This document shows positions 1 to 8,812 of a DNA stretch of 64,000 bases, piece by piece. A program made the position numbers and the translations under genes. Numbering within the stretch: position 1 is the stretch's first letter; every line of letters starts with the position of its first letter. The notes under the pieces were generated by a model that did not search any database, was not told the DNA's origin, and worked only from the letters and a program-made list of their open reading frames with translations. The stretch is from Candidatus Poseidoniaceae archaeon. Its GTDB lineage: Archaea > Thermoplasmatota > Poseidoniia > Poseidoniales > Poseidoniaceae. The stretch is from positions 1 to 64,000 of the forward strand of contig CBFIJH010000006.1 of the NCBI GenBank assembly GCA_965662895.1. Reading direction: 5' to 3'.

Positions 1-2700
1 CACTCGAACGCCCTCTGTTTGCAATGTTGCATTTTGAGATTCGAACGAGTAGAAGTTCAGTTGCGTTACGTCGGATTGAACAACATTGGCTGCTCCTCCA
101 CTCAAATCAATGTAGGATACCGATCCAACCGGGTCTATGGTGTATTCATCGTTTGGCTCACCTTCGTTCGCTACTAAGACGGAGTTGCCATCTGGCGTAA
201 ATGTGATCATGTCAGGCAGTGCTCCGGCTGTAACCATGGAAATCGAGTTTCCATCAGTATCCATGAACAGAACATAACCTGGGTCTTGCTTGCTCATTCC
301 GCTTCCTTCACTGCCGTCTCCTGCGATGGCGATGGCAACGACTCCGTCGTGTACGTCAACGCTGTTTGGCTCGCCGTTTGTTACGCTAACTCGGTGGACA
401 AGGTATGGGTCACTTGGGTTTGATACGTCCAAGATATCGATGGATCCTGTTACAGCGTTCACAACCAAACTGCGTTGTGTGCCAGCATCGTATGCTGAAA
501 TTTCGCTTGCACCTTCACCAAGGCCGCTGTCGTATTCACCAACGATGGTCCAATGGACATCTGAATCGCCCATGACATTCAATTGATTACCGCAATCAAC
601 TGCAAGATGGCTTCCTGTGTCTGATGCCAAGCACGGTTGGTCCTCGGATTGTTCAACTGGAACGCTTTGGTGTACTGGGCTAACAATGGCAATGGTTCCA
701 GAGACCTCGTTGGCCACAAGCAACAATGGTTGATTTGTTGGGCTGTCTTCAGCGGAAACGAACGTTAGACCTTCTGGGCTAACGTGGTGTGAGAAGGTAA
801 CGTATTGGTCAAACATTGCACGGGATGGGTTCGTAAGGTCGTAGACCATGACTCCACCTGCTCGCTCGAGACCGAGGAATGCGTAGTCTGTGTCACCATA
901 GGATCCTGTTGTGACGCCTTCCGGTTCAGCACCTTTGTCGTCGTTGCGTGAAGCGGTGTAGCTGTTGATGTATTCTCCATAGGTTTGCGTCAAGTGGGAG
1001 ATTTGGTCACCAGTGTCGAACACCAGTTCTCCATTTGAATTCCAGATGGACATCGAACGTGCACCGTATCCAACGATTTCTTCGTGCTCTCCGTCACCAT
1101 CATGATCGCCATCTGCGATGCTCACCTTAAGACGGCCGAGATTCTCGTCCTGTTGCAATTCTGTCTGAGCGGCTGCATCGTAGCCACGCTCCTCCCAATA
1201 CGTAGAGTTGAGAATCAAATCATCAGCACGGTCTTCATCAGTGTACCCTGGTGTTCCTTCGTATTCTCGACCATCACCTTCGTTGGCGGATACGATATAA
1301 TCCTCTCCGCCTGATTCGAACAAGGCAATCGCGTCTGGCATGTACATGGACAATACAGGTTGGTCACATGCGAATTCAACGCCATCGTCACGGTCGCTGA
1401 AGTCGTAGCAGCCTTCTGAGTAATCTTTGGTTCCGAATGCAACGATGGAATCGAGTTCCATGTCATCGAGGTCAATGATTCCGAGAGCGTTGTTCTCTTG
1501 GAAAGCAACGTAAGCGGTCGAATCATCTGTTGAAACGACGATGTATTCTGGTTCAAGGTCTTGAGCTACAGTTGAAGAGCCTGGGTTTGCGTACAATCGG
1601 ACTCCAGAATCAATGAGCGAATCACGCTGACTGTTGAACTGTGTAAATTCAATTTGGGTCACCGTATCTGTTGCGACCTCGACGACTGTTACTGACCCTT
1701 CAGGATCGACATCGTAGTTGTCGTTTGGCTGACCTTCGTTTGCAGAAAGGATGTAGTCGCCACTGTGGGTGAAGGTCACCATGTCTGGAAGTACACCTGC
1801 ATCGTATGCGTTGAGGAACACGCCTGCAGTGGAGTAGGTGAGAATGTGTCCATTGCTCATATCGTCTGTTCCATTTGCTACCGCCATTGCAACAACGCCG
1901 TCGCTGATAGCGATGCTGTTTGGCTCACCATATGTTGAAACATCAATCGTTTGTACGTGTGAAGGGTTGTGTGGATCTGCGAGGGAAATCATGTCAACCG
2001 AGGAATCAACTGCATTCACATAGAAAGCAGTGTTCGATTCTGAATCATAGGTTACAATCTCAGCATATCCTTCACATTCGTCTTCGCCCATGTCACAGCC
2101 TTCTGGTGAAGCTTGGAAACTTCCAATTTCAACCCATGTGAGTGGCGAGGAATCCTCGTGACGGAATGTTACTGAATTTCCGCAATCGACTACATTGGAG
2201 TATTGTGAATCATGCATTGCTCGATCCCAGCAGGCGTACGCGTCAGCACCGTCAGCACCGTCAGCACCGTCGGCACCGTCGGTACCATCAGCACCATCGG
2301 CACCATCTGCGCCATTGGAACCGTCAGCACCATCAGTACCATCTGCGCCATTGGAACCGTCAGCACCATCAGTACCATCTGCGCCATTGGAACCGTCAGC
2401 ACCATCGGCACCATTTGAACCGTCAGCACCATCGGCACCGTTGTTCCCATCCGCTCCGTTGCACGCGTGGAAGGTCTTGTCTCGCTCCCCAGTCTCGAGG
2501 ACGCCATCGTTGTCATCGTCAAGACCTGTGTGGATGGTTGTACCACCATCGGGGCAATCAGTTGCTGTTGCTTGTGTAACGTCAACGAGGGTGACTGAGA
2601 CATCATCGTCATCTCCGTCATCGTTTCCAATACATCCAGCAAGGCCAACGCTCGCCATGAGCGCAATCATCAATAATGCTACCATTTTGTTCAAGTTCAT
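1..2700 (-). CDS. Surface lipoprotein with Gly-X-Y collagen-like stalk and at least two tandem choice-of-anchor I (alkaline-phosphatase-associated beta-propeller) domains; 3' end outside window
   Basis: Not in ORF track because no stop lies in the window. Manual translation from ATG 2700: MNLNKMVALLMIALMASVGLAGC (lipobox-like), CPDGGTTIHTGLDDDNDGVL, GAD repeats, then LPDMVTFTHSGDYILSANEGQP...DDKGAEPEG...GLERAGG...ANEVSGT, and a second LPDMITFTPDGNSVLVANEGEP. Confidence 0.85.
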   Translation of the reverse strand, partial: MNLNKMVALLMIALMASVGLAGCIGNDDGDDDDVSVTLVDVTQATATDCPDGGTTIHTGLDDDNDGVLETGERDKTFHACNGADGNNGADGADGSNGADGADGSNGADGTDGADGSNGADGTDGADGSNGADGADGADGTDGADGADGADGADAYACWDRAMHDSQYSNVVDCGNSVTFRHEDSSPLTWVEIGSFQASPEGCDMGEDECEGYAEIVTYDSESNTAFYVNAVDSSVDMISLADPHNPSHVQTIDVSTYGEPNSIAISDGVVAMAVANGTDDMSNGHILTYSTAGVFLNAYDAGVLPDMVTFTHSGDYILSANEGQPNDNYDVDPEGSVTVVEVATDTVTQIEFTQFNSQRDSLIDSGVRLYANPGSSTVAQDLEPEYIVVSTDDSTAYVAFQENNALGIIDLDDMELDSIVAFGTKDYSEGCYDFSDRDDGVEFACDQPVLSMYMPDAIALFESGGEDYIVSANEGDGREYEGTPGYTDEDRADDLILNSTYWEERGYDAAAQTELQQDENLGRLKVSIADGDHDGDGEHEEIVGYGARSMSIWNSNGELVFDTGDQISHLTQTYGEYINSYTASRNDDKGAEPEGVTTGSYGDTDYAFLGLERAGGVMVYDLTNPSRAMFDQYVTFSHHVSPEGLTFVSAEDSPTNQPLLLVANEVSGTIAIVSPVHQSVPVEQSEDQPCLASDTGSHLAVDCGNQLNVMGDSDVHWTIVGEYDSGLGEGASEISAYDAGTQRSLVVNAVTGSIDILDVSNPSDPYLVHRVSVTNGEPNSVDVHDGVVAIAIAGDGSEGSGMSKQDPGYVLFMDTDGNSISMVTAGALPDMITFTPDGNSVLVANEGEPNDEYTIDPVGSVSYIDLSGGAANVVQSDVTQLNFYSFESQNATLQTEGVRV
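2242..2457 (-). repeat. Coding collagen-like repeat, 24 Gly-X-Y triplets (GAD/GSN/GTD)
   Basis: 9-nt periodicity; exact 36-nt duplication gccattggaaccgtcagcaccatcagtaccatctgc at 2311-2346 and 2347-2382. Confidence 0.95.
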
Positions 2701-2897
2701 ACTATCACTAATCGTCTTGATAACCAAGGAAATATTACAAAATACGTCAGCAATATATTGCTTCTACAATAGAATCCATATGCGCCTTCTATTTTCCTAC
2801 TTCAGAATAAACAAGGATTTTTCCGAGTTGTATTCAAATCACCGAGAGTTGCAAAGTCAACGACCTCATAGGGGTCTTGTCAGACGTTTTTTGCAAA

Positions 2898-4310
2898 CTA
2901 TTCTTCCTCGGTTTGGTACAGGAAACGCTCCTGAACGATCATACCGATACCAGCCAAGAGCAGGAGCGGTAGCATCCATCCGACAATTGCACTCGTCTTG
3001 AGGAACCAAGGATTGTGTTTTGCAACATCTCTCCACCAAGGATTGTCTTCCATCGGTTCTCCAAGAATGAACGATTCACCAATCATTGGTGTGGATATGT
3101 GTTGATTCGTTCGTTTCCCTTCCTGATAAACGCGTTCAAGTGGATCGTCCCATTCGTGGAGTGCAAGGATGTATTTCGTATTGTGAATAGGAAGCATAGT
3201 GGTTGCATTGAGATCGATGGCTGCTTGAACGGACTGTTCGGGATACATGTGGATTTGATCCCAAGCCTCATTGTATTGTCCAGTTTCACAGATGGCGATA
3301 TCAAATGGCCCATAACGTTCGTTAATTTCCTTGAATTCTTCACTGTAGCCAGTATCCCCGCTGAAGTAAATGGAATGCCCTTCAATCTCAACAACCCATG
3401 ACCCCCATAGAGTAGCATCTCGGTTCAGGTCACGACCTGAGAAGTGCTGGGTTGGCGTGAGAACGATTTGGGAATCCTCACTGATGTCGACCTCATCGTA
3501 CCAGTCCATGGCCATAATTTGATTGGAAGGAATATCCCAGACCTTGAGATGTTCGTCAACACCAAGAGGTACAAAGAACATCGATTCGTCCAAGGATTGA
3601 ATTGTTGTCATGTCAAGGTGATCGTAATGATCATGAGAGATGAGGACATAATCAATGTCTGGTAATTGGTCGACTTGGTAGGTGTGTTCGTAGTCAAATG
3701 GTGCTGGACCGAAGACCAACGGATTGAGGTTGTCTGAACCGAACACGGGGTCAAAGAGCAACGTTGTATCGTGCGTTTCAACGAGAACGGTGGAGTGCCC
3801 AAACCAGGTCAGGCGCACATCGTCTTCCTGAACATCGGCTTGTGTGTATGGCTGAGTCGGTACGGTTTCGGCAGGTGAACGATCAGCGTTACCAACCATG
3901 TAATCCATGAGCAAGCTCATGATGGAGCCTGTTTCAACCTCCGTTGGTCGAAGATTGTTGAATTTCCCATCGTAATAATTCGGTGAATCGTATTCGCCAA
4001 TATCTCCGCCAACCTGATCAGACATGGTCAAGAAAGCCGTTGCTGAAAGGATGATGACAGCCATGAAGATGGATACGAGGAATGAGAAAATCTTGGCTTT
4101 TCGTTTGAATGATACAACATTGACATCTGCCTCCTTCTTGGTAAACAGCGATGTCTTGGCAACCAAACGAATGACAAATTTCATGATGAAATTAAGAGCA
4201 ATGATGTAATTTAGCGACATCAAGTTTTGGCGATAAAACCAAATCACGATTGATGTTAAAACAAAAATTCGTCCAATCAATCGGATGCGCTTTGCATCAT
4301 AGGGATTCAT
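2898..4310 (-). CDS. Membrane-anchored metallo-beta-lactamase-fold hydrolase (NAPE-PLD/RomA-like)
   Basis: TWFGHST, ISHDHYDHLD, PTQHFSGR, YFSGDTGY, IHMYPEQ motifs; N- and C-terminal TM segments; start placed at ATG 4310. Confidence 0.85.
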   Translation of the reverse strand: MNPYDAKRIRLIGRIFVLTSIVIWFYRQNLMSLNYIIALNFIMKFVIRLVAKTSLFTKKEADVNVVSFKRKAKIFSFLVSIFMAVIILSATAFLTMSDQVGGDIGEYDSPNYYDGKFNNLRPTEVETGSIMSLLMDYMVGNADRSPAETVPTQPYTQADVQEDDVRLTWFGHSTVLVETHDTTLLFDPVFGSDNLNPLVFGPAPFDYEHTYQVDQLPDIDYVLISHDHYDHLDMTTIQSLDESMFFVPLGVDEHLKVWDIPSNQIMAMDWYDEVDISEDSQIVLTPTQHFSGRDLNRDATLWGSWVVEIEGHSIYFSGDTGYSEEFKEINERYGPFDIAICETGQYNEAWDQIHMYPEQSVQAAIDLNATTMLPIHNTKYILALHEWDDPLERVYQEGKRTNQHISTPMIGESFILGEPMEDNPWWRDVAKHNPWFLKTSAIVGWMLPLLLLAGIGMIVQERFLYQTEEE

Positions 4311-4332
4311 CGCTTGCACCAGAAATTGGATA

Positions 4333-5247
4333 TTAGCCAACACGCTCGATGACGCGAACGTGGTCGCCACGCATGTTCAAGGTCATTGGAATTGGTTGTT
4401 CGTACAATTCCATACTAACCTCTTCCTTGGTCTCAGAGACACTGGTAACTCGGGCTTTCTCGCCCTTGAAGGCACCCGAGACAATCTCGACGATGCAACC
4501 AACTTCGATACCAGAAGTAACAGCCTTGGGTTCAAGATATGGAAGAATGTCCATGAGGGGTGCTTCTCCAGGAAGAACTTGCTTTGCGTTCTTGAGAGGT
4601 GTTTGGGAAATTCCGCGACGTGCGGTTGGATCTCGACCACCTGAACGACCAATCAACTTCTCAACGTGATGAAGTGCACTGGATTCGACAAAGACATAGC
4701 CTCGCATGTTGTTTGGATGAAGGACTGAGAAGATTTCGCCCTGAAGCGAAGTCAAAGAACCACTGCCATGCAGACGAGCATACATTTCGTCAGCAACGCG
4801 AAGTTCAGAGCCAATCGCCGTCTTAACGATGTAAAGGAAGGAGCCGACAGAACCATACATCTCTCGGAACAACTTGTCTGCGCCTTCCATATCCATGTTG
4901 GAGAAAAGACAGTTCTTCTCCTGAAGTGTACCTGGATCGACCCATTCATAGCCAACGTATCGACCAGTTGGCGTGACTCCTTCGGAGCTGGTTGCAACGA
5001 GAATTGGCATGACGTCGACAAGGTTTCGTCCCATGTCGATACCACGCTCAGGTCCTGTTCCGATGTATTCGAGCGTGTCGAGAGGAAGACCTGTTGCTTC
5101 GGATACACGTGCAAGAACCTCATCAGGCGTGTCGCCAACACCCCATACTCCGTCCCAGAGGCCTGGGAAATCGTTGTCGTCTTTGCTTCGACTGAGAAGC
5201 AAAAGTTTCTCTTCAAACCGTACATATGCAATAAATGCTTCAGTCAT
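4333..5247 (-). CDS. spt5: Transcription elongation factor Spt5/NusG with N-terminal Nudix-like domain
   Basis: NGN (YIVKTAIGSE...RGYVFVE) and KOW (IEVGCIVEIVSGAFKGEKARV) domains; directly downstream of secE; extra ~130-aa N-terminus. Confidence 0.9.
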   Translation of the reverse strand: MTEAFIAYVRFEEKLLLLSRSKDDNDFPGLWDGVWGVGDTPDEVLARVSEATGLPLDTLEYIGTGPERGIDMGRNLVDVMPILVATSSEGVTPTGRYVGYEWVDPGTLQEKNCLFSNMDMEGADKLFREMYGSVGSFLYIVKTAIGSELRVADEMYARLHGSGSLTSLQGEIFSVLHPNNMRGYVFVESSALHHVEKLIGRSGGRDPTARRGISQTPLKNAKQVLPGEAPLMDILPYLEPKAVTSGIEVGCIVEIVSGAFKGEKARVTSVSETKEEVSMELYEQPIPMTLNMRGDHVRVIERVG

Positions 5248-5265
5248 GATTTCACCACCAAATCC

Positions 5266-5532
5266 TCAGATTCCGAAAACGTCGTGAATCAGCCAAGGAA
5301 TGAAATTGTCCATGATAACAAGAAGGATAAAGCCGATGGCACCAAGAACGAAAAGGCCAATACCGCAAACGATGCTTGTTTGCCTAAATTCCTGGGGAGT
5401 TGGCTTTCGAGCCATTCGAATAATTCGAGCCCACGAGCCGCGAGAAATCTTGCGGAATTGGGCTTCAATCCAGTCTTGGCGGTCCTGAACAACATCCTCA
5501 AATGAACGGGATTCGCTTTTTTCATCAGACAT
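5266..5532 (-). CDS. secE: Protein translocase subunit SecE/Sec61-gamma
   Basis: RIIRMARKPTPQEF followed by TM GIGLFVLGAIGFI; adjacent to spt5. Confidence 0.93.
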   Translation of the reverse strand: MSDEKSESRSFEDVVQDRQDWIEAQFRKISRGSWARIIRMARKPTPQEFRQTSIVCGIGLFVLGAIGFILLVIMDNFIPWLIHDVFGI

Positions 5533-5657
5533 GGTACAACCTCGTGCTTTCCTAGCGACCTAACCACCCATTATAACCGCTTCCATCGTTCTCAGATTCA
5601 TTTTCCTTTCAAATTCTCGGCAAGAGTTGATGAGGGGTGAACGCATCCAATGTGTGT

Positions 5658-6542
5658 ATGGCTTCACCCGACCCGTATACAACACTGGGGGTTTCTCGTG
5701 ATGCTTCAGATGCTGAGATTAAGCGTGCGTTTCGCAAACTAGCACGGAAGTATCATCCCGATCGAAACCCCGATGATCGCGCTGCTGAAGCCAAATTCAA
5801 GGAAGTTCAAGCAGCGTATGAAACCATAGGTGATGCATCAAAACGGCAAGAATACGACCAAAAGAAACGGATGGAAAACATGTTTGGCGGAGGTGGCCGT
5901 TCTCCATTTGGAGGCGGCATGGGTGGCGGATTTGAGGATATGATTGGACAGATGTTTGGTGGTCAGCAACAAAATCCGTTTCAGCAACGTCGTCGTGCTC
6001 CTCGAAAGCAGGCAAAGGGAACGGACGTTCACGTCTCAGTTGACATCGATTTAGAAACCGCAGAAAAAGGCGGGGAACTCCAATTCCAAGCCCAACGCCT
6101 CAAGGTTGGTTCGAACAACGTTGCATCAAAAATCAATCAAAACTTCCGGATCAAACTCAAACCCGGAGAACAGCATGGTACGGTGAAACGTTTGAAACAG
6201 CAAGGGAACGAACATCCACAAGGGACGCCTGGCGATCTCCATGTGACCATTCGAATCGATGCTGGAGAGGGTCGCCGGTGGGAAAACGGCCTTCTCATCC
6301 AAGAAATCGCCATTCCTTACTCAACGATGATGCTCGGTGGGAAGGTCAAGATTCAATTGTTAAGCGGCAAAACTGGTCTTCTCAAAGTCGCTGCGAACAG
6401 CCAACCCGGTGATCGCAGAAGAATGGTTGGTGCAGGATACAATGGAGGCGATTTGGACCTCGAATTCATACTCAGCGAACTCGATGAGCTTACATCGGAA
6501 CAAAAAGCCGCAATTGAAGCGTTGCGAGATGTCGGATTGTGA
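5658..6542 (+). CDS. DnaJ-class B co-chaperone (CbpA-like, no Zn finger)
   Basis: J-domain with HPD motif, G/F-rich linker, C-terminal GDLHVTI substrate-binding region. Confidence 0.88.
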   Translation: MASPDPYTTLGVSRDASDAEIKRAFRKLARKYHPDRNPDDRAAEAKFKEVQAAYETIGDASKRQEYDQKKRMENMFGGGGRSPFGGGMGGGFEDMIGQMFGGQQQNPFQQRRRAPRKQAKGTDVHVSVDIDLETAEKGGELQFQAQRLKVGSNNVASKINQNFRIKLKPGEQHGTVKRLKQQGNEHPQGTPGDLHVTIRIDAGEGRRWENGLLIQEIAIPYSTMMLGGKVKIQLLSGKTGLLKVAANSQPGDRRRMVGAGYNGGDLDLEFILSELDELTSEQKAAIEALRDVGL

Positions 6543-6546
6543 GTTC

Positions 6547-8769
6547 ATGGGTCGTCGAAATCGAGCCTCCTCCAATCGAGGTCCTGATGCAGAACGAATG
6601 TGGCGAAGATTCACCTCATTGTTCACATCTCAAGACGACTGGACCAAATGCTGGACTTCTGCGGAAATGGTTGATTTTCTCATTCAACAGGAAGCACGAC
6701 CTCCTAGCCGTGAGGACGACAAGTCGTATCGAAAACGCCTAACTGCCGACGTTGATGACATCATCCGCCAATCCCGTAAGCGCGACCATCACTTCAAATG
6801 GGAAGGGAACAACACCATCTCTGCACGCCCCCGAGAATCCATTGTCGAGATTGAACAAGCCGTTGCAGATTGGTCGTCTCGTCTGTCTCGTCTTGAAAAG
6901 CAGCCGCTTTCGGATTCCAAAGAATGGGTAAATGTCCTTGATGCATGGGAATCGATGCTGGTGCAATCCCCTCTGCCAGATTCCATTCAAATCCATCCCG
7001 AGATTGGGGTTTCATGGAAGAAATTCGATTTGAAACTCGAACTCAAGCGTCTCGCTGCTCGGAAATCTGGATTGCGCTTTCCTGAATTTGAACCCGCTTT
7101 GGCAATGATGCTCATCAGTGCTGGACGATGGTCCATTCTCGACTTGTTGAAACATCGACTTGAATGGAGGCGAAAAAACAAGCAGAACCCATTCCCATCA
7201 ACCTACGATTCTGGTCTTGAACAATGGGCTGAGCAATTGCCTGATGTCGATGCATCGGCTGCACTTGCTGATGGAAGAACCGATTTGCAGCACCTCCACT
7301 TTGTGACGATCGATCCACCAGATGCGAAAGACTTCGACGATGCAGTTTGTTTGGAACAAACCGACTCTGGCCGCACCTTGTGGGTCGCCATTGCAGATGT
7401 TGCGCATTATGTGACGAAAGATTCCTCGCTTGACAACACGGCCTTCTCTCGAGCAACCTCCGTGTATTTGCCGCATGCCGTTCTACCCATGCTTCCATTC
7501 AGACTCGCCGATGACCTCTGCTCACTGCGCGCAGATCTTCCTCGACTCGCCATGGTCATCGAAATGGTGTTGGATGATGGCGACAATGTGGTCACATCCA
7601 ATGCCCATGAAGCAGTCATCCTTGTGAAAGAAAATCTCGCATACGAAGACACGTTGGAGGACCAACGATGGAACGCTTTGTTCGATTTAGCAGAATCCTG
7701 GCAACATGATGAACTGCGATTGAACATCCAACAAGGGGAGCAGCGACCGCGGCTTCACGGCGAAAATGAGCTCTCCATCGACGTGAAGTGGCCGAACAAA
7801 GCGACGAAGATGATTGAAACTTTCATGGTCAAAACCAACAATATTGTTGGTGAAATGCTCGGAAAGGCTGGAGCATCCTTGCCTTGGAGATGCCACCCTC
7901 TGCCCGATCCTATTGATGTACGCGACTTGAACAAGCAGCTCGAAGCCCTTGATATTTCCATCGAACTTCCTGAACCTCGCTCAAAATCAAAAAGTCAAGA
8001 CGATACCGACGAACTCGCAGGCTTGCTCGGTGCATGGGCTGGGCAGGACATCGATTTGAGTGGCCTCTCATCCAGTCAAGAAAGCGTCGAGGTTGAACCA
8101 TATCTTGCAAATGTTTCTGCTCAAGATGCGCGTGATGAAATGTTGGATGGTTTACGTCAAGCCCAAGAACAAGCCAGTGCACTTCGTTCATCGTTACGCC
8201 GAGTCGTCGATCAAGGTTTGTTCCAATTGATGAATCGGGCACGATACGACGCCGTCAACATCGGACATTTTGGTTTGAATCTCGATGCTTATGCCCACTT
8301 TACAAGCCCAATCCGTCGTTATCCAGACCTCATCGTTCATCGTCAATTGAAAGCCATGCTTCATGACAACGATTGGGAGTATTCTGAAGATGAAATGGCG
8401 TCGTTAAGCGAACACTGTTCAGAGCAAGGACGAATGGCTCAAATCCTTGAGTGGGAATTGGTGGCGATGACATTGAATTGCCATCTTATGCAAGCAGAAG
8501 AAAAGACCTGGAAAGCCCGTGTTGTTGGTCTGAGGACGCCGTGGGTGTTCCTTGATCTGAACGATGATGGCTCGATGCATGGACGAATGCATCTCAAGCA
8601 ACTTTCAAACAAAAAGAATCTCTTTATTGATGATTATGGATTGTGCCTTTTGGAAGAATTGAACGATGGGAGGGGGGAATCTGTCCTCCTTGAATTGGGC
8701 CAGTTGTTCCCGTGCAGAATTCGAGGATTGGACCTTTGGTCTGGTCGACTTGACCTTGCACCTGTTTGA
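6547..8769 (+). CDS. rnr: RNase II/R family (RNB domain) exoribonuclease
   Basis: TIDPPDAKDFDDA, LWVAIADVAHYV, RATSVYLP, GHFGL, HFTSPIRRYPDLIVHR; C-terminal S1-like region. Confidence 0.9.
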   Translation: MGRRNRASSNRGPDAERMWRRFTSLFTSQDDWTKCWTSAEMVDFLIQQEARPPSREDDKSYRKRLTADVDDIIRQSRKRDHHFKWEGNNTISARPRESIVEIEQAVADWSSRLSRLEKQPLSDSKEWVNVLDAWESMLVQSPLPDSIQIHPEIGVSWKKFDLKLELKRLAARKSGLRFPEFEPALAMMLISAGRWSILDLLKHRLEWRRKNKQNPFPSTYDSGLEQWAEQLPDVDASAALADGRTDLQHLHFVTIDPPDAKDFDDAVCLEQTDSGRTLWVAIADVAHYVTKDSSLDNTAFSRATSVYLPHAVLPMLPFRLADDLCSLRADLPRLAMVIEMVLDDGDNVVTSNAHEAVILVKENLAYEDTLEDQRWNALFDLAESWQHDELRLNIQQGEQRPRLHGENELSIDVKWPNKATKMIETFMVKTNNIVGEMLGKAGASLPWRCHPLPDPIDVRDLNKQLEALDISIELPEPRSKSKSQDDTDELAGLLGAWAGQDIDLSGLSSSQESVEVEPYLANVSAQDARDEMLDGLRQAQEQASALRSSLRRVVDQGLFQLMNRARYDAVNIGHFGLNLDAYAHFTSPIRRYPDLIVHRQLKAMLHDNDWEYSEDEMASLSEHCSEQGRMAQILEWELVAMTLNCHLMQAEEKTWKARVVGLRTPWVFLDLNDDGSMHGRMHLKQLSNKKNLFIDDYGLCLLEELNDGRGESVLLELGQLFPCRIRGLDLWSGRLDLAPV

Positions 8770-8812
8770 CATCAACCTTTTTAGAAACAGTACAGAGCAC
8801 AGGCTGAGTCAC

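Noticed and set aside
2242-2457. Possible CRISPR array or non-coding VNTR
   Set aside because: 9-nt periodic, in frame within a CDS, no unique spacers and no cas genes
2142-3001. ORFs with PSAPSA, HRQHRQ and VLMVLT repeats
   Set aside because: Alternative-frame and antisense readings of the Gly-X-Y collagen repeat of the minus-strand gene
4768-5505. 245-aa plus-strand ORF over spt5/secE
   Set aside because: Antisense shadow of two well-supported genes
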